Shown here in pieces: positions 33,446 to 44,559 of a stretch of 64,000 nt of DNA (position 1 is its first letter; the number at the start of each line of letters is the position of its first letter). Below the pieces are notes generated by a model. That model was not told the origin of the DNA. It saw only the letters and a program-made list of their open reading frames with translations, and made no database searches. The stretch is from an uncultured Bacilli bacterium (GTDB lineage: Bacteria; Bacillota_I; Bacilli_A; RF39; UBA660): assembly GCA_934096315.1 (NCBI GenBank), contig CAKOLT010000001.1, forward strand, positions 43,412 to 107,411, in the 5' to 3' direction. The position numbers were made by a program, and so were the translations under genes.

Positions 33446-33922
33446 TTAATACATTCCTTCGATTTTCTTAATATCTGTTTCTGTAAGATTATTTAAAGTC
33501 CAGTTACCATTCTTATCTTTATAAACCTCTAAATCTAAAGTATACTTAACTTTATCTTTAACTTTTTCTAACCTATCAATTTTATCACTATCTACTGAAG
33601 AAGTATCTACTACCTTCTTATAATCTAAGACCTCTATTGTAACAGTTACAATAGCATTATCCCCATCTATTCTCTCATCTTTAATCTCATATGTTAAATT
33701 CCTATACTGCTTCTCCATTATTTTTCTATATCTATCCTTATCAATCTGATTAAGATCAGCATTATTTAAAACATTATCTATCTGAGTTGTTATATCCTTA
33801 TCAAGCTTCTGATACTTAGTAAATAAATCCTCCACCTTACTGGTGGGAGTATTCCCCAAAGAACAAGCACACATTATAAGAAGAGGAATCATAATTACTA
33901 AAGCATATTTAATATATTTCAT
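33446..33922 (-). CDS. Putative lipoprotein
   Basis: Signal peptide ending LIMCACSLG (lipobox-like), then a charged soluble domain. Confidence 0.4.
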   Translation of the reverse strand: MKYIKYALVIMIPLLIMCACSLGNTPTSKVEDLFTKYQKLDKDITTQIDNVLNNADLNQIDKDRYRKIMEKQYRNLTYEIKDERIDGDNAIVTVTIEVLDYKKVVDTSSVDSDKIDRLEKVKDKVKYTLDLEVYKDKNGNWTLNNLTETDIKKIEGMY

Positions 33923-33997
33923 ATCTATCACCACTAATATAATTAACAATAAAAAGATTTTTATACACAAAAGAAAAAGACCTTAAAGATCTTTTAA

Positions 33998-35110
33998 CTA
34001 TTTTTTCTTCTTAAATAGAAATACCAAACTTCCTAAAGAAATACAAATAACTATAAATGTAACTAACATTCCTATAAATGGTATTAATTTTAAAACAAAT
34101 ACAATTACAATACCTGTAAGTCCCATTAAATACTTATTAACATTCTTCTTATTTAATTTATTAAATAATACTTCCCCACATAAATACCCAGTAAATATAG
34201 TACCTAAATAAATTAACGCTATATAAAATAATATAAGAAGTATAGCAAGAGGAAGACCTAAAACACTTATAAATAAGAAGAAACATACTATTGGAAGACC
34301 AATCAATACTATAAGTCCAGCCCCAAAATCTTTAAGTAAATCTCTATTTAGATTATCAAATAACTTAGGTACTAAGAAGTATAATACAGAAAATATTATT
34401 AAAAGTGAAAGTAGTGAAGATACTTTATCCCATACAATATCCCCGGTAGTCTCTTCTTTAACATCAGAAGCAAAAGAACTCATTGAAGTAATTTTACTAT
34501 CACTATTTATAATTAATCTATCCTCATCTATATCACTTGGATAACTTAAATTACCCATAACTGTAGTATTTGAATAAACTACTATCTTACTAGCATCAAT
34601 CTTAACATTACCCTTTATGGTAACATTATTTAATTCCACTTCTGATGCATAAACCACTAAATCTCTTTCAAAAGTTCCTGAAAGAACAACTTTATTAGCA
34701 AATACAGAAATATCTCTACCTATAACCGCATCTTTACCAAAAGTAACATTATTACCAAAAACAGCCCCATCATTAATAATATTACCATTAACTGTAACAT
34801 TATTACCAAATACAAATCCATAATCACTTGTACCATTATAAACTACATTATTACCAAATGTAGTATTAATACCTTGGACTATACCATTATCATGGACAGT
34901 ATCCCCAAAAATAGCATTAGACCCAAATATTTTCTTATTAAACTCTATATCATCATCTGATACTGAATTAAACTTCTCTAACCCTTTATCCCCTTCACTA
35001 ATTAATAAATCTCCTGACGTAAGGTCAATATCATTATTAACTTCTTCAGCATATACCAAATTAAAAACTCCAAGTAAAACAAATAAGCCAAATAAAATCT
35101 TCTTTTTCAC
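33998..35110 (-). CDS. Secreted beta-helix repeat protein (bactofilin/DUF4097-like repeats) with C-terminal multi-TM anchor
   Basis: Signal peptide. ~8 tandem GNNV/FGNNVT-type repeats typical of left-handed beta-helices. Hydrophobic C-terminal 100 aa. Confidence 0.45.
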   Translation of the reverse strand: MKKKILFGLFVLLGVFNLVYAEEVNNDIDLTSGDLLISEGDKGLEKFNSVSDDDIEFNKKIFGSNAIFGDTVHDNGIVQGINTTFGNNVVYNGTSDYGFVFGNNVTVNGNIINDGAVFGNNVTFGKDAVIGRDISVFANKVVLSGTFERDLVVYASEVELNNVTIKGNVKIDASKIVVYSNTTVMGNLSYPSDIDEDRLIINSDSKITSMSSFASDVKEETTGDIVWDKVSSLLSLLIIFSVLYFLVPKLFDNLNRDLLKDFGAGLIVLIGLPIVCFFLFISVLGLPLAILLILFYIALIYLGTIFTGYLCGEVLFNKLNKKNVNKYLMGLTGIVIVFVLKLIPFIGMLVTFIVICISLGSLVFLFKKKK

Positions 35111-35112
35111 TA

Positions 35113-36174
35113 TTATTTCTCCCTTTCCTTAATTTTAATGATTTTTCCATTTATATCTTCTTTAAAGAACTTAAACGTTGTAATTAAAATTATAGCTATA
35201 GGTATAGAAAGTACTATTCCCCAGAATCCTCCAATAATACCTCCTGCAAAAACTGCAAAAATTATTATAAGTGGATGTAACTGATTAGATTTACCATATA
35301 TTCTAGGACCAATAACATAACTATCTATCTGAGGACATACAACTAGTATAACTGCAGTTAATATAAATAACTTAGTACTAATAACAGAAGATATTAATAG
35401 TGCTAAAATACTTACAAACAATCCCCCAAAAATAGGTATAATAGTAAATATTCCAGATAATAACCCTAAAACTAAGAAGTTAGGATGACCTATTATAAGG
35501 AAAGCAAATGTATACTCTAATCCTTGTACTAAAACATTCATACCAATACCCCTAGTATAATTAGTAATCTCTGTATCTAACTTCTTAAGATAAGCATAAG
35601 TCCTCTTCTTTTTACCACGTAAATTATTCTTTAAAAACGCCCTTATCTTCTCCATGTCTACTATAAAATATAAACTAGCAGCTATAACTACGATAGCATT
35701 AGCAATAACACTTACTCCCGTATTAACTAAAGTAATAGCCCCACTAGATAAATACTTACCAACATTCTCAATCATGTTACTAGACATCTCTGATAAAGAT
35801 GTTTGAAGTACCTTTAAATTTAACTCATATTTACTTGATATATCAGAAATAAATACTGACATATTACTTATAAATAATAAAGTTTGTTCATATAGCATTG
35901 GTACAGCCAGAACTAAAACTATTAATATTATTCCTATAGTAATAATAGATACTGTTAAAACTGCTAACCATTTTGGACAACCAGCCCCTCTTAATTTCTT
36001 AACAATAGGATACAGTGCGTATGCAATAGCAAAAGCAATTAAGAAAGGAAACAATATATCAAATACCAATTTTAAAGCTCCAACCCAAACACCCCTAATT
36101 AAATATACCAAAAGTACTATTGTAAGAAGTAATACAACATTTAATAATTTATAATCTATTCTATCATTATTCAT
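35113..36174 (-). CDS. AI-2E family transporter (UPF0118; YtvI/PerM-like)
   Basis: ~350 aa, 8 TM, N-terminal LFPFLIAFAIAYALYPIV motif characteristic of AI-2E proteins. Confidence 0.6.
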   Translation of the reverse strand: MNNDRIDYKLLNVVLLLTIVLLVYLIRGVWVGALKLVFDILFPFLIAFAIAYALYPIVKKLRGAGCPKWLAVLTVSIITIGIILIVLVLAVPMLYEQTLLFISNMSVFISDISSKYELNLKVLQTSLSEMSSNMIENVGKYLSSGAITLVNTGVSVIANAIVVIAASLYFIVDMEKIRAFLKNNLRGKKKRTYAYLKKLDTEITNYTRGIGMNVLVQGLEYTFAFLIIGHPNFLVLGLLSGIFTIIPIFGGLFVSILALLISSVISTKLFILTAVILVVCPQIDSYVIGPRIYGKSNQLHPLIIIFAVFAGGIIGGFWGIVLSIPIAIILITTFKFFKEDINGKIIKIKEREK

Positions 36175-36184
36175 AACTCCTCCT

Positions 36185-36622
36185 TTATTTTTCCAATATT
36201 ATTGTAACAGGACCATCAGCTTCTAACGATATCTTCATATCACAGCCAAACCTTCCTGTATCTAACTTTATACCATATTTCCTAAATTCACAATTAAATG
36301 AATCATATAACATATTTGCATCTTTCCCATTTAATGCCTCTATATAACTAGGTCTTCTTCCCTTTTTAGTATCAGCATATAAAGTAAACTGACTAATAGA
36401 TAATACACTACCATTAATATCAAGAAGTGACTTATTCATAACCCCCTCTTCATCATCAAATATCCTTAAATTAACAATCTTATTAACCATATAAGATATA
36501 TTATCTTTATCACTAAGACTATTAAATCCCACAAGAAGAAGAAGTCCCTTATCAATACTACCTACTTTTTTACCATCTACTCTAACACAAGAAGAAGTAC
36601 ATCTTTGTAAAACAACCCTCAT
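36185..36622 (-). CDS. dtd: D-aminoacyl-tRNA deacylase
   Basis: MRVVLQR...V.G..VG.I..GLL.LVG and C-terminal SGPVTI motif. Confidence 0.85.
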   Translation of the reverse strand: MRVVLQRCTSSCVRVDGKKVGSIDKGLLLLVGFNSLSDKDNISYMVNKIVNLRIFDDEEGVMNKSLLDINGSVLSISQFTLYADTKKGRRPSYIEALNGKDANMLYDSFNCEFRKYGIKLDTGRFGCDMKISLEADGPVTIILEK

Positions 36623-38784
36623 TAATTAACCTTCCTTCTAACTTTCTTTACAAACCTTAAATTATTTAAAATACTAATAAATTTATCAAGCATATCTTTA
36701 GAAAATACCATAACAGTAATTAAATATACTTTCTCTGTACCCTTATTAATAGTCTCAATCTTATCAATAGTAACATTATTAGAACTAGCTTTAGATATAA
36801 TATCTACTAAATTATCACTATTAGAAGTATATACAAGAATATCAGTAGCATACCTTCTTTCTACAGAACTATTCCACTTAACATTAATAAGTCTCTCATC
36901 CAAATCAGTAACATTACAGCAGTTTACTCTATGAATAGTAATACCATTACCCTTAGTAATATAACCCACTATATTATCTCCATAGACTGGTTTACAACAC
37001 TGACTAATAGTAGTCTTTATATTCTCTAAGCCTTCAACTAATATAGCATCTTTATTTAAGGTAGTATCACTCTTAGGTTTTGGGGTATTTAACTTAAATA
37101 TCTTAGATAAAGACCATTTATCATCTTTCTTCTTAAGACATTTAATAACTAAAGATATATTTATTTTACCACTACCTAAAGACATATACAAATCATCAAT
37201 ACTCTTTAAATTAAACTCTTTTAATATAGTATTTAAATTATTATTTATTGTCTCATTAATAGGTAAATTCTTCTTTCTAAATTCTTTTTCTAATATTTCA
37301 ATACCCTTAGCTATATTATCATCTTTTTCTAACTTAGCATAATAAGATTTAATCTTACTACGAGCTCCAGAAGTAATAACAAACTTAAGCCAATCTTTAC
37401 TAGGTCTAGAATTACTATTAGTATTAACTTTAATAATATCTCCAGTCTTTAAAACATAATCAAAAGGAACAATATTATCATTAACTATAGCCCCCGTCAT
37501 AGTATCCCCAACTTCACTATGCACCTTATAAGCAAAGTCTACTGTAGTAGAACCTTCAGGAAGCTCTATAACATCCCCTTTAGGGGTATATACATATATT
37601 GAATTACTAGTAAGTATATCTTTTTTAATACTATTTATAAATTCTTCCGGAGTACTTGAAGACTCATTCAACTCTATTATATTACGAAATATTTGTAACT
37701 TCTGCTCCATAGCATCCTTAGTATTATAAGTAGTATTTTCTTTATAAGCAAAATGAGACGCTATACCATACTCTGCAATCTTATCCATATCATAAGTTCT
37801 TATTTGAATCTCAAAAAGTTGTCCAAAAACCCCAAATACTGTAGTATGAAGAGATTGATATAAATTAGTTTTAGGCATTGCAATATAATCCTTAAATCTC
37901 TTCGGAACTGGTTTATATTTAGAATGAATAAGTCCTAGAGCAAGATAACACTCTTGTTTAGTATCTACTAAAATACGCAAAGCAAGTATATCATATATAT
38001 CATCAAATCTCTTACCCTTATTCATCTTTGTATAAATACTATATATACTTTTACTTCTGCCTTTTATTTCATGCTTAATATTATGAAGATCAAGAAGACT
38101 TGATACTTCACTAAGCATTCTTCCAACAGCCTCATCTCTCTCTGTCTTCTTAAGATTTAACTTCTCTACAATATCATAATAAGCTTCTGGCTTTAAATAC
38201 CTTAAAGATAAATCCTCCAGCTCACTCTTTATTTTATATATACCAAGTCTATGAGCAACCGGAGTAAGTATCTCCAAAGTTTCTTTAGCCTTTTTTCTTT
38301 GCTTTTCTATTGGCATAACATAAAGAGTTCTCATATTATGAAGTCTATCAGCAAGTTTAATAATTATTACCCTAACATCAAAACTAAGTCCCACCAAAAT
38401 CTTTCTTTGATTAGCAGCTATCTGTTCTGACTCCGAAGAAAAACTTATTCGATTAATTTTTGTAACACACTCAACTAAATTAGCTATCTCTTTATCAAAT
38501 AATTTACATATCTCCTCAAAAGTACCAGTAGAGTCCTCAATAGTATCATGAAGTAGTGCAGCACATATTGCCTTATAATCAGAATTTATCTCTGTAAGTA
38601 TTAAAGCAACATTAAGGGGATGCTGAATATAATCATCTCCAGTAATTCTTTTTTGTCCTAAATGTTTCGATGCTGCATAAGCATAAGCTTTATTAATTAA
38701 ATCTAAATGTTTTTTATCCTCATCATAAACTTTAACCTTATCTATTAAATTATCTATTGTTAATATTTTATTCTTACTTGACAT
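36622..38784 (-). CDS. relA: Bifunctional (p)ppGpp synthetase/hydrolase RelA/SpoT
   Basis: HD domain (HDTIEDS), synthetase domain (RFKDYIAMPK..YQSLHT), TGS and ACT domains. Confidence 0.9.
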   Translation of the reverse strand: MSSKNKILTIDNLIDKVKVYDEDKKHLDLINKAYAYAASKHLGQKRITGDDYIQHPLNVALILTEINSDYKAICAALLHDTIEDSTGTFEEICKLFDKEIANLVECVTKINRISFSSESEQIAANQRKILVGLSFDVRVIIIKLADRLHNMRTLYVMPIEKQRKKAKETLEILTPVAHRLGIYKIKSELEDLSLRYLKPEAYYDIVEKLNLKKTERDEAVGRMLSEVSSLLDLHNIKHEIKGRSKSIYSIYTKMNKGKRFDDIYDILALRILVDTKQECYLALGLIHSKYKPVPKRFKDYIAMPKTNLYQSLHTTVFGVFGQLFEIQIRTYDMDKIAEYGIASHFAYKENTTYNTKDAMEQKLQIFRNIIELNESSSTPEEFINSIKKDILTSNSIYVYTPKGDVIELPEGSTTVDFAYKVHSEVGDTMTGAIVNDNIVPFDYVLKTGDIIKVNTNSNSRPSKDWLKFVITSGARSKIKSYYAKLEKDDNIAKGIEILEKEFRKKNLPINETINNNLNTILKEFNLKSIDDLYMSLGSGKINISLVIKCLKKKDDKWSLSKIFKLNTPKPKSDTTLNKDAILVEGLENIKTTISQCCKPVYGDNIVGYITKGNGITIHRVNCCNVTDLDERLINVKWNSSVERRYATDILVYTSNSDNLVDIISKASSNNVTIDKIETINKGTEKVYLITVMVFSKDMLDKFISILNNLRFVKKVRRKVN

Positions 38785-38802
38785 AATAATCGCCTTCTTT
38801 TA

Positions 38803-40977
38803 CTATTCTTCTTCATTACTCTTTTTGACAAGTACTTCCCGAGGTTTAGAACCATTAGCGGGTCCAATAATACCACGTTCTTCTAATAAATCTATTATTC
38901 TAGCTGCTCTATTATACCCAAGACGATACTTTCTTTGAATAAGAGAAGCACTAATCTTACCTGCACTTATAGCAAACTCTACTACTTCATTATATAATGG
39001 ATCATCATACTCATCTTCACTAGCATAATCATCACTAGAACCCTTAGAACTACCACCTTTATCTACAGTTAAAGACTCATCATATATAGCCTTCTGCTGA
39101 CTAATAACATAATCTACTATCTTCTGTAACTCATCCTCACTTACAAATGCTCCTTGCACTCTTAAAGGAGTATTCTCTCCCATTGGTAAGAAAAGCATAT
39201 CCCCCCTACCAAGAAGTTTCTCAGCTCCAGTAGAATCTAATATAGTTCTAGAATCTATTCCTGAAGATACCGCAAAAGATATACGAGATGGTATATTAGC
39301 TTTAACTACCCCTGTAATAACATCAGTAGAAGGTCTTTGTGTAGCTACAATTAAATGTATACCCGCAGCTCTAGCCATCTGAGTAATTCTCATAATAGAA
39401 TCTTCTACCTCTTTAGCAGCCACTAACATAAGATCAGCAAGCTCATCTATTATAACCACTATATAAGGTAATTTCTTATATTCAGGATGAGTATCACAAT
39501 ACTCATTATACTGCTCTATCTTCTTAGTTCTAGTAGACTCAAATACTTCATATCTTCTCTCCATCTCACTAACTATATTCTTAAGAGCAATACTAGCCTT
39601 CTTCGGATCAGTAACAACTGGACAAAGTAAATGAGGTACCCCATTATACATAGTAAGCTCTACCTTTTTCGGATCCACCATAACAAGTTTAACCTCATCA
39701 GGTTTAGTCCTCATCAAAATAGACGCTATAATACAGTTCATACATACTGACTTACCACTACCAGTAGCACCCGCTACTAAAAGATGGGGAGTAGTATTAA
39801 TCTCTGTCCACTTAACCTTACCCATAATATCCTTACCAAGAGCAACTGCAAGAATATTCTTCTTATTAACCTCTGGAAGTGACGCTAAAACCTCTTTAAA
39901 AGAAACAGAAGAATTAACCTTATTAGGAAGTTCAATACCAATAGTATTCTTTCCAGGAATCGGAGCCTGAATTCTAACATCTTTAGCAGCAAGAGCTAAA
40001 GCAATCTCTCTTTGAATAGAAAGTAATTTATTAACCTTAGTACCTGCCTTTAACTCCAGTTCATACTGTGTAACTGTAGGTCCAATATTAACCTGCACTA
40101 TCTTACCATTAATCTCAAAAACCCCAAGTATTTGTTCTAACTTTGCAATAGATTCTTTAGCATAATTCTCATTATCTTTAGTACTTACATTTTTTACTGT
40201 TTTAAGAAGTGATAAAGGTGGTAACTTATAATCCCCAGAAATAGAAACTACCTCTTCTTTAATACTAAGAGCCTCCTCTTTCTTCTCTTCCTCTTTAACA
40301 TGAGCAAGCTCTTTAGCAGAAGATATAATAACCTTATCTACAATATCTTCTTCTTCACTAACATTACCCTCTTCCTTCTCATCTTTCTCTTTTTTCTTTA
40401 TACCCTTAAGTTTAGGAAGTTTAACTTTCTTAACTAGTCCAATAAGAGAAGTATTAAATACAAGTATAAGTCCAAGAAGAACCATAGTAATTAACACAAT
40501 CACAGTACCCTCTTTAAAAGCAAGATTAAATAAATATGCAAGTAAAGCTCCAATCATACCACCACCACAATTAGAAACAGCATAACTATCTTTAAAAGTT
40601 AACAAAACATTATCAAATGTTGTCTTAATAATATTTAAATTAAGACCCTCTACTTTAACATATTCTGTATGTAAAAATACCAAAAACGCTAAAAATATAA
40701 TATAAATACCAATTAAACGTCCTGATACTAAATTAGGCATCTTCCTTTTAACTATCAAATATCCCCCAATAAAAAGAATAAACAAAAGAATAAATAAATA
40801 TGGAATACCCACTAAAAAAACTGCAAAAGACTTCACAAAATTACCAACTGGTCCATAAGCACCAATCCCAATAATAGCAGTTAAAATAAGAAAAAGTCCC
40901 AATATCTCATTACTATATTCAAACTTACTCTCTTTTTCTTTTTTTTGTTTCTTCTTTGCCACTATTAACCACCTCAA
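38803..40977 (-). CDS. ftsK: DNA translocase FtsK/SpoIIIE
   Basis: N-terminal TM segments. Walker A GATGSGKS. C-terminal gamma winged helix. Confidence 0.9.
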   Translation of the reverse strand: MRWLIVAKKKQKKEKESKFEYSNEILGLFLILTAIIGIGAYGPVGNFVKSFAVFLVGIPYLFILLFILFIGGYLIVKRKMPNLVSGRLIGIYIIFLAFLVFLHTEYVKVEGLNLNIIKTTFDNVLLTFKDSYAVSNCGGGMIGALLAYLFNLAFKEGTVIVLITMVLLGLILVFNTSLIGLVKKVKLPKLKGIKKKEKDEKEEGNVSEEEDIVDKVIISSAKELAHVKEEEKKEEALSIKEEVVSISGDYKLPPLSLLKTVKNVSTKDNENYAKESIAKLEQILGVFEINGKIVQVNIGPTVTQYELELKAGTKVNKLLSIQREIALALAAKDVRIQAPIPGKNTIGIELPNKVNSSVSFKEVLASLPEVNKKNILAVALGKDIMGKVKWTEINTTPHLLVAGATGSGKSVCMNCIIASILMRTKPDEVKLVMVDPKKVELTMYNGVPHLLCPVVTDPKKASIALKNIVSEMERRYEVFESTRTKKIEQYNEYCDTHPEYKKLPYIVVIIDELADLMLVAAKEVEDSIMRITQMARAAGIHLIVATQRPSTDVITGVVKANIPSRISFAVSSGIDSRTILDSTGAEKLLGRGDMLFLPMGENTPLRVQGAFVSEDELQKIVDYVISQQKAIYDESLTVDKGGSSKGSSDDYASEDEYDDPLYNEVVEFAISAGKISASLIQRKYRLGYNRAARIIDLLEERGIIGPANGSKPREVLVKKSNEEE

Positions 40978-41070
40978 AACTTATTTTTCTAACAAAATAA
41001 TTGTACCACGAATAAAATAAATATGCAAGTTTTTAGAATAGAAAAAAGTGATTATTCATCACTAAAAGTA

Positions 41071-41862
41071 TTATTTTTTAGAATACAAACTATTAATAGG
41101 TAAAAACTCATTTTCATTATTTAATTTTTCTTCATGATAAACACCATCATTCCAATATGATTTTAAAATATATGGTTCTGCTTTATTATCTAATCTATTT
41201 AATATAATTTTAAATTTATCATCTATAATTTCTATAGCAGACCTATTAGACATCATAATTCCAATCTGTCCATTTTCCCGTAATTGCTCCTTTGTAGATA
41301 AATATCTTCCCTCTTCATCACAATGCGGAGTAACAAATAAATTAAACCAATTTAAACACGAAAGTGTTTCAAATACATTCTCACCATCATGTACTGAATC
41401 TGTATTACATTCTCTAAACCAACAAACCGCACCAGCAGAAATTCCACAAATAACCTTTCCTTTGTTCCAAGCATCATATAAAATTTTATCAAATCCTGTC
41501 TTTAACCAAAGATTAATCATCGCTTTAGTATCACCACCACCTTCATAAATTATATCTGCCCACTCTACTAATTCATTGACTAATTCTTTATTTAATAAAT
41601 CATTCGAACTTAAATGTTTACACTCACACCCAAATCTATCTCCATATATTTTTTTCATTACATTAAAATAACTCTCTTGAATTTCCTCAGAAAAACACAT
41701 TGAATGATTTATAAACAAATAATTAGGATTTTTCTTTTTAGATAATTTTACAATTTCTTCATCAATTTTTTCCGTTTCATATAACGTAGGTGTACCATCT
41801 TCAAGAATCCTACCATTTTCACCACCACTAATAGCTAGTATCTTCTTACTCATATCTTTCAC
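41071..41862 (-). CDS. Peptidase S51-family (dipeptidase E-like) protein
   Basis: GISAGA nucleophile motif within class-I glutamine-amidotransferase-like fold. Confidence 0.45.
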   Translation of the reverse strand: MKDMSKKILAISGGENGRILEDGTPTLYETEKIDEEIVKLSKKKNPNYLFINHSMCFSEEIQESYFNVMKKIYGDRFGCECKHLSSNDLLNKELVNELVEWADIIYEGGGDTKAMINLWLKTGFDKILYDAWNKGKVICGISAGAVCWFRECNTDSVHDGENVFETLSCLNWFNLFVTPHCDEEGRYLSTKEQLRENGQIGIMMSNRSAIEIIDDKFKIILNRLDNKAEPYILKSYWNDGVYHEEKLNNENEFLPINSLYSKK

Positions 41863-42062
41863 CTCTCTATAATAAAGATAGTATAAAAGGTTTATACACT
41901 ACCTCTTTATTTATTATATTATTCTTAAAATTACAATCATACAGAAATACAATATATATTATGTCTAAAATTATATCATTAAATATTAAAAATATAAATA
42001 GAATTAACAAAATTATTTTTAAAATTCAATCTATATCAAGTTTTTAGAATATAAAAAAGTGA

Positions 42063-43067
42063 TTATTCATCACTTTCTATATTAAACATCTTTTTACAGG
42101 TCCTAACCATTTGATAAGAATAACCCATCTCATTATCATACCACGCTACTACTCTAACTAAGTTACCATCTATTACATTAGTTAAACTACCATCAACCAT
42201 ACCACCACACTTTGTTCCTATTATATCAGAAGATACAATTGGATCAGTAGTATATGCTAAACTAGAATTAACACTCTTTTTAAATGCATTATTAATGTCT
42301 TCTGCCGTAACATCATTATCAAGTAGTAATACAAGGTCTACCAGAGATCCATCAGATACAGGTACTCTTAAGGCACTACCATTTAATTTACCCTCCAAGG
42401 AAGGTATAACAAGGCCAATAGCAGACGCTGCTCCAGTTCTAGTAGGAACTATATTCATAGCACACGCTCTACCTCTCCTTTCTTTAATACCCTTTTTATG
42501 TGATACATCAAGAGTTACCTGATCATTAGTATAAGCATGGACTGTAGTCATATTACCTTTAATAATTTTAAAATTATCTTCAATAACTTTTAATACTGGT
42601 GCTAAACAGTTAGTAGTACAAGAAGCCGCACTTACTACAACATCTTCTGGAGTTAATATTTCATCATTAACACCATATACAATAGTTTTCATCTCTCCCT
42701 TTCCAGGGGCACTAATAAGTACTTTTTTAGCTCCTGCCGTAATATGTTTCTTAGCATCCTCTAACTTAGTATAATGACCACTACATTCTAAGACTATATC
42801 TATATCATAATCTTTCCAAGGTAAATTTTCAGCATCTTTCTCACAAAATACTAAAACCTTTCTTCCATTTACAATAATACTATCCTCATTATATGATATA
42901 TTACTATTATAAGTTCTATGATTAGTATCATATTTAAGTAAATAAGCAAGTTCTTCTGGAGTAGATAAATCATTAATAGCTACTACTTCAAGTTCACTAT
43001 CTTCAAGTATTCTAAAAACAAGTCTACCTATCCTTCCGAACCCATTTATTGCAACTTTCTTTCCCAT
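42063..43067 (-). CDS. gap: Glyceraldehyde-3-phosphate dehydrogenase
   Basis: INGFGRIGR NAD-binding motif. Catalytic SCTTNCLAP. Confidence 0.92.
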   Translation of the reverse strand: MGKKVAINGFGRIGRLVFRILEDSELEVVAINDLSTPEELAYLLKYDTNHRTYNSNISYNEDSIIVNGRKVLVFCEKDAENLPWKDYDIDIVLECSGHYTKLEDAKKHITAGAKKVLISAPGKGEMKTIVYGVNDEILTPEDVVVSAASCTTNCLAPVLKVIEDNFKIIKGNMTTVHAYTNDQVTLDVSHKKGIKERRGRACAMNIVPTRTGAASAIGLVIPSLEGKLNGSALRVPVSDGSLVDLVLLLDNDVTAEDINNAFKKSVNSSLAYTTDPIVSSDIIGTKCGGMVDGSLTNVIDGNLVRVVAWYDNEMGYSYQMVRTCKKMFNIESDE

Positions 43068-43116
43068 ATTTTCTTCCTCCTTCTGTTATTATGTATAAAT
43101 TTTAACACAATATTTA

Positions 43117-44520
43117 TCATTTTTCAAGATTATTTGGGAAATTTATAATATTACCACTTTTAGAATATATTCTTCTTTTATATATAGAAGTCCTAACACT
43201 TTTCTTAATACTAAGAGACTCTTTAATACAACTATCTACATGTTTTTTCTCAACTACCCTATCACCACAATATTTACATACTGCAAAAGATTTCTTTAAC
43301 AAACTAATAGCAAGAGAAGGATTAACTATATTATTATCTAAATTACGTAAACTCCTATCAGTCATACTAACTATATACCATAATATATCACGCACTTCTT
43401 TAGAAGATATCTTAATAAAATATTCTTTTTCTAAATACTTATATGTATTAAGTAAAATATAATATACCTCCTCTAAAGAAGGCTCATTAATATTAATTAC
43501 ATCAAAGTTATAATAAAATTCCTTATTATTTCTTTTACAATCAGTAGTAGACATAATTACTTTATACCTTTTATCTAATAAATAAGGCATAAAATACTCT
43601 AAAACGTTATTATTCTTCTGACTACTAAACATATTAATATCCTCTATAAATAAAATAATATCTCTTCTATCTTTTAAATCATTAAATATACTTCTTACTC
43701 TATTTTCTATAACACTAGGGTATACACTTCCCATAACAAGAGACATATCCAATTTAACTATCTTCATATCCTGTAAAATATCAGGAACCATATTATTAGT
43801 AATTAAATAAGCAAGAGATTTTACCAACGTCTTTTTACCACACCCATAATCCCCCAAAAGTAAAACATTTTTATCATTAGACATTAAACTAATCATTAAC
43901 TCTTTTAACTTATCATGACTTCCAACCAAAGGATTATGATCATAATACATATTAGTTAAAAATAACCCATACTCCTTTAAAGAAGTAGTATCATCTCTAG
44001 AAGTATTACTACCCTCTAAAACTATATTCTGCCGTTTATTAATAACTTCAAGTCCATTTAATATTTCAAAGACCTTAATATAAGGTTTATCTAATCTATA
44101 TAAATACTTTATATAATTATCCGGATTAACTTCCCTAAAATCTCTTCTACTAGTATTCTCAAATATTACCTCACTAATAGTAGTCAAAGCATCTTTAAAT
44201 AAACTATCATAATATACTATATATTCTTCCTCTTCTAATAGTTTTACTTTATCTAAAGAAATATTCAAGTGATGAAGTAAAGTAGCCATATTAGGCTTAG
44301 AATTAGAATTAGAAGTAAGTATTAAAGATGAAATATAAAGCATAAGATATACTCTATCCATTATATTTAAAGAATATTCCCTTCTTTCTTTTTCACTAAT
44401 AGAAATAACTAACCCCTTATCCTCAAAAGCCTTATATAAACTAATTGCATACTTTAACATATTCACAGTTTTAGTAGTAGTCCTACTAATAAACTCATTA
44501 TAACTCATAAACTCCTCCAT
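43117..44520 (-). CDS. Degenerate ClpC-like protein: Clp-N-like region plus a single D1-type AAA module with altered Walker motifs, C-terminal CxxC..C cluster
   Basis: LTNMYYDHNPLVGSHDKLKELMISLMSNDKNVLLLGDYGCGKKTLVKSLAYLITNNMVPDILQDMKIVKLDMSLVMGSVYPSVIENRVRSIFNDL...IILFIEDINMF aligns with ClpC D1. Walker A is GDYGCGKKT (vs GEPGVGKT). Walker B is IEDI (vs IDE). No D2 ring. Confidence 0.5.
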   Translation of the reverse strand: MEEFMSYNEFISRTTTKTVNMLKYAISLYKAFEDKGLVISISEKERREYSLNIMDRVYLMLYISSLILTSNSNSKPNMATLLHHLNISLDKVKLLEEEEYIVYYDSLFKDALTTISEVIFENTSRRDFREVNPDNYIKYLYRLDKPYIKVFEILNGLEVINKRQNIVLEGSNTSRDDTTSLKEYGLFLTNMYYDHNPLVGSHDKLKELMISLMSNDKNVLLLGDYGCGKKTLVKSLAYLITNNMVPDILQDMKIVKLDMSLVMGSVYPSVIENRVRSIFNDLKDRRDIILFIEDINMFSSQKNNNVLEYFMPYLLDKRYKVIMSTTDCKRNNKEFYYNFDVININEPSLEEVYYILLNTYKYLEKEYFIKISSKEVRDILWYIVSMTDRSLRNLDNNIVNPSLAISLLKKSFAVCKYCGDRVVEKKHVDSCIKESLSIKKSVRTSIYKRRIYSKSGNIINFPNNLEK

Positions 44521-44559
44521 ATGAAAAGTATTCTAACATAATAAATATTAAAAGTAAAG

